Shown one piece after another: positions 15,916-18,379 of a stretch of 18,379 nt of DNA (its first letter is position 1; each line of letters begins with the position of its first letter). Origin of the DNA: Bacillota bacterium (GTDB taxonomy: Bacteria; Bacillota; Clostridia; TANB77; CAG-508); contig CAWVME010000124.1 in NCBI GenBank assembly GCA_963930325.1, positions 1 to 18,379 of the forward strand. Direction: 5' to 3'. Made by a program: the position numbers and the translations under genes. The notes under the pieces were generated by a model. The model was not told where the DNA came from and made no database searches. It saw nothing but the letters and a program-made list of their open reading frames with translations.

Positions 15916-16479
15916 CTACTTTAGCATATATTCTCTTTCAATAATCTTCATTATAATCTGCACTGTTTTTTCTAAGTCGTTGTTTTTTAAAACATAGTCA
16001 TATAATCCAATTTTTGATTCTTCATAATCAAATCGATTTAGCCTTAATTCTATTTCCTTATTACTTGGGTTGTCTTCTCTTTTTTCAAGTCGCCTTCTAA
16101 GTTCTTCTTTGGGCACTCTTAAAAATATTGTTACAATTTTCACATCGTTTCCTAAGAGTTTTATTAAGTCTTCCGTTCCATTTACGTCAATATCTTTTAC
16201 AATAATATTCCCTGTGCTTATTTTTTCATTTAGCAATTTTTTTGAAGTTCCATAATAATGATTATGATGTACCGAGTATTCATACAATTCGTTTTCTTTT
16301 ATCATTTTTTCAAATTCTTCTGTTGTTACAAAATTATATGTTTTACCAGGTACATCTCCATTCCTAGGAGTTCTATCTGTAAAAGAAGGTAATGTAGTAA
16401 TATTTTCTACCCTTTTCATTAATTCCTTTTTGATTGTGTCCTTGCCAGCACCTGCAACTCCAGATAAAATTACTAGCAT
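15916..16479 (-). CDS. gmk: Guanylate kinase
   Basis: It has the P-loop SGVAGAGKDT and the GMP-binding block SFTDRTPRNGDVPGKTYNFVTTEEFEKMI...YEYSVHHNHYYGT, plus IVKDIDVNGT and the LID region RRRLEKRE. Its ATG overlaps the rpoZ stop as ATGCTAG. Confidence 0.85.
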   Translation of the reverse strand: MLVILSGVAGAGKDTIKKELMKRVENITTLPSFTDRTPRNGDVPGKTYNFVTTEEFEKMIKENELYEYSVHHNHYYGTSKKLLNEKISTGNIIVKDIDVNGTEDLIKLLGNDVKIVTIFLRVPKEELRRRLEKREDNPSNKEIELRLNRFDYEESKIGLYDYVLKNNDLEKTVQIIMKIIEREYMLK

Positions 16480-16661
16480 ATTTTTACCTTCCCTTCTGCA
16501 ATTTCATTTGCTGCTAATGTAACAACCGATTCTTCTTCTACTTTAGTTAATGGTGCACTTCCTTCTGCAAGTTGTCTTGCTCTTTTAGATGTCGCTACTA
16601 CTAATTTAAAACGATTATCAACAACTTTTAGTAAATCGGTAACACTTGGTTTTACCATCAT
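16473..16661 (-). CDS. rpoZ: DNA-directed RNA polymerase subunit omega
   Basis: The 62-aa protein carries the RpoZ signature DNRFKLVVATSKRARQL and sits in the yicC-remA-gmk-rpoZ neighbourhood. Confidence 0.85.
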   Translation of the reverse strand: MMVKPSVTDLLKVVDNRFKLVVATSKRARQLAEGSAPLTKVEEESVVTLAANEIAEGKVKIC

Positions 16662-16683
16662 ATTTATCCCCTCTTTTCGTTTT

Positions 16684-16929
16684 CTATTCTTCTTCGTCAG
16701 TTTCCAATCTTCCTGCTACTGTTTCTGGTTGCACTGCCGATAATATAATATGACCAGAATCCATAATTAAAACAGCTCTAGTACGTCTTCCGTAAGTTGC
16801 ATCTACTGCCATTTTATTATCTTTTGCTTCTTGTATGATTCTTTTAATTGGCGCTGATTCTGGACTAATAATAGCAATAATTCTATTTGCAGAAACTACG
16901 TTTCCAAATCCAATATTAATTAGTTGCAT
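16684..16929 (-). CDS. remA: RemA-family (DUF370) regulatory protein
   Basis: [37 protein letters not shown]...[31 protein letters not shown] is essentially the canonical RemA/YlzA sequence pattern. Confidence 0.9.
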   Translation of the reverse strand: MQLINIGFGNVVSANRIIAIISPESAPIKRIIQEAKDNKMAVDATYGRRTRAVLIMDSGHIILSAVQPETVAGRLETDEEE

Positions 16930-16954
16930 TTTTTTACCTTCCTTAATTTATATT

Positions 16955-17830
16955 TTATTCTACATTTTGTATCTGTTCTCTTAAATTTTCTATTTCTGAT
17001 TTTATTTCAATAACTAAATTTGTAATATTTAAGCAATTTGCTTTTGAGCTAATAGTATTAATTTCTCGGTTCATCTCTTGAATTAAGAAATCTAATTTTT
17101 TTCCCGTTGGAGTATTTTCTTCTAAAAGTTCCCCAAATTGATTTGTATGACTTTTTAGTCTTGTAATTTCTTCTTCAATAGAACTTTTATCTGCAAATAA
17201 TACTATTTCTTGTGCTAGCCTTGCTTCATCTATAATATCTGTTTTTAGCATTTCTTTTGTTCTTTCTTTTAATTTTACTACATATTCTTCTACAAGTCCA
17301 GTAGAATATTCAGAAATTTTAGAAATTTCTTTCTGAATGTTAATAATTCTTTTTTTCAAATCTTTTGCTATGGCTATTCCTTCTTTTTTTCTCATATTTA
17401 GAAATTCTTGTATAGCCATTTGTAAACATTCCATTAATTCTTCAGAAATAATATCATCTTGTCCACTATTTTGAACGGATAGTACTTCTGGAAGTTTAGC
17501 TATCTCTACTACATTTATGTTTTCTTCTATTTCTGTAGCTTGACATAATCTTTTTAACTCTTTTATATATTCTATGGCAAGTTCCATATTAAGCTTTACT
17601 TCTCTTCCAACATTACTATTATTCTCTAAAGTAATACTTACTTCTACTTTTCCTCTAGAAATTACTTTTGAAAGTTCTTGTTTTACATTTTCTTCTAAAT
17701 AGCTAATTGCTCTCGGCATTCTTATAGAAATATCGCTGTATTTGTGATTTACTGATTTAATTTCTATGCTATATGTCCTTTGATTTTTTTCTAAGATTCC
17801 TCTTCCAAATCCGGTCATACTTTTTATCAT
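16955..17830 (-). CDS. yicC: YicC/YloC-family endoribonuclease (DUF1732)
   Basis: It has the N-terminus MIKSMTGFGRG, then SIEIKSVNHKY, and the C-terminal motif GKKLDFLIQEMNREINTISSKA. Confidence 0.9.
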   Translation of the reverse strand: MIKSMTGFGRGILEKNQRTYSIEIKSVNHKYSDISIRMPRAISYLEENVKQELSKVISRGKVEVSITLENNSNVGREVKLNMELAIEYIKELKRLCQATEIEENINVVEIAKLPEVLSVQNSGQDDIISEELMECLQMAIQEFLNMRKKEGIAIAKDLKKRIINIQKEISKISEYSTGLVEEYVVKLKERTKEMLKTDIIDEARLAQEIVLFADKSSIEEEITRLKSHTNQFGELLEENTPTGKKLDFLIQEMNREINTISSKANCLNITNLVIEIKSEIENLREQIQNVE

Positions 17831-17857
17831 TCTCTTGTTTTCCTTTCTATTATAAGC

Positions 17858-18379
17858 TTATTTTACTAGAATCTCGTCATAAATACCAATATTTTTTTTA
17901 CTTGAAGTTTCTTCTATCCCCAATTCCTGCAATTCTTTTGTAGTATAATTTTCTACAATAGCATAATCTCCATTAGTCCTCAAAATTTTCACCCATATTT
18001 TATCTAGATATCCTCCCTTTGTTCTGGTTACATAAGCAACATCATTTTCATAGGAAATGGCTTCATTTGGCACTCTTAAGCCAGTATCCTGCCACCAAAT
18101 AACATCTACTGAAATTTTTCTATAACTTGTTAGTTTTTCTACACAAGAATTAATTTCAAATACAATTAATTTAGAATCGTCTTTTTCATCTGCTATATAA
18201 ACAATTTTAGCATCCACTTCGTCTAAAGTAGATAAACGGATTGTAACACTTTTCCCAACTTCTGCTGTTTTTGCACTTTCTGAATTTAAATTAACAACAA
18301 TATAGCAATTAAAGTTATTAATAATTTTTCCCATTTCATTGCTACTTGCAACTATTTGTCCAGTTTTCAAATTTAAATT
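17858..18379 (-). CDS. C-terminal part of a HlyD-family / membrane-fusion (periplasmic adaptor)-like protein, 5'-truncated by the window edge
   Basis: The reading frame stays open to position 18379, and the listed TTG at 18370 is probably internal. The pattern ...VDAKIVYIADE...ISVDVIWWQDTGLRVPNEAI....VAYVTRTKGGYLDKIWVKILRTNGDYAIVEN...GIYDEILV resembles the beta-barrel and membrane-proximal domains of MFP/HlyD adaptors. Confidence 0.45.
   Translation of the reverse strand, partial: NLNLKTGQIVASSNEMGKIINNFNCYIVVNLNSESAKTAEVGKSVTIRLSTLDEVDAKIVYIADEKDDSKLIVFEINSCVEKLTSYRKISVDVIWWQDTGLRVPNEAISYENDVAYVTRTKGGYLDKIWVKILRTNGDYAIVENYTTKELQELGIEETSSKKNIGIYDEILVK

Noticed and set aside
16440-16470. The gmk P-loop reads GVAGAGKDT, not GxxGxGKS/T, which might suggest an inactive paralogue.
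   Set aside because: Bona fide guanylate kinases show GK(G/S)T-type variation at this position, for example GVGKGT in Bacillus as I recall. All GMP-binding motifs (S.T.R.PR.G...Y.F, YYGT, IDV.G) are intact.

Overview
This is an AT-rich, Clostridia/Firmicutes-like chromosomal segment. All but one gene lies on the minus strand and the content is almost entirely housekeeping. In minus-strand transcription order it reads: a 5'-truncated HlyD-like adaptor, yicC, remA, rpoZ, gmk, priA (frameshifted), def, fmt (frameshifted), the Asp23/AmaP/DUF2273 envelope-stress cassette, nusB, xseA, an inserted N/T-rich membrane-anchored ORF, xseB, a DUF212 (divergent PAP2) protein, fhs, ytvI, an orphan tandem-OB SSB-like gene, then a convergent plus-strand DUF1980/YcgQ-C-terminal-like gene, and secA. 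I found no rRNA, tRNA, CRISPR array, transposase, integrase or recognisable defence system. Five things deserve a second look. (1) priA and fmt are each broken by a 1-nt insertion in the identical heptamer CACGGAA, outside any homopolymer, and each insertion creates a 0-frame CGG codon with GGA in the +1 frame. (2) A roughly 40-nt palindromic intergenic repeat family has four same-orientation copies. (3) The SSB-like gene has two OB folds, no acidic C-terminal tail, its own promoter and terminator, and looks GC-richer than its surroundings. (4) An extra ORF splits xseA from xseB. (5) The Asp23 operon has unusually long, structured spacers, and nusB may have a hairpin-split ribosome binding site. 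I regard the window as mostly ordinary and do not claim a new multi-gene system.
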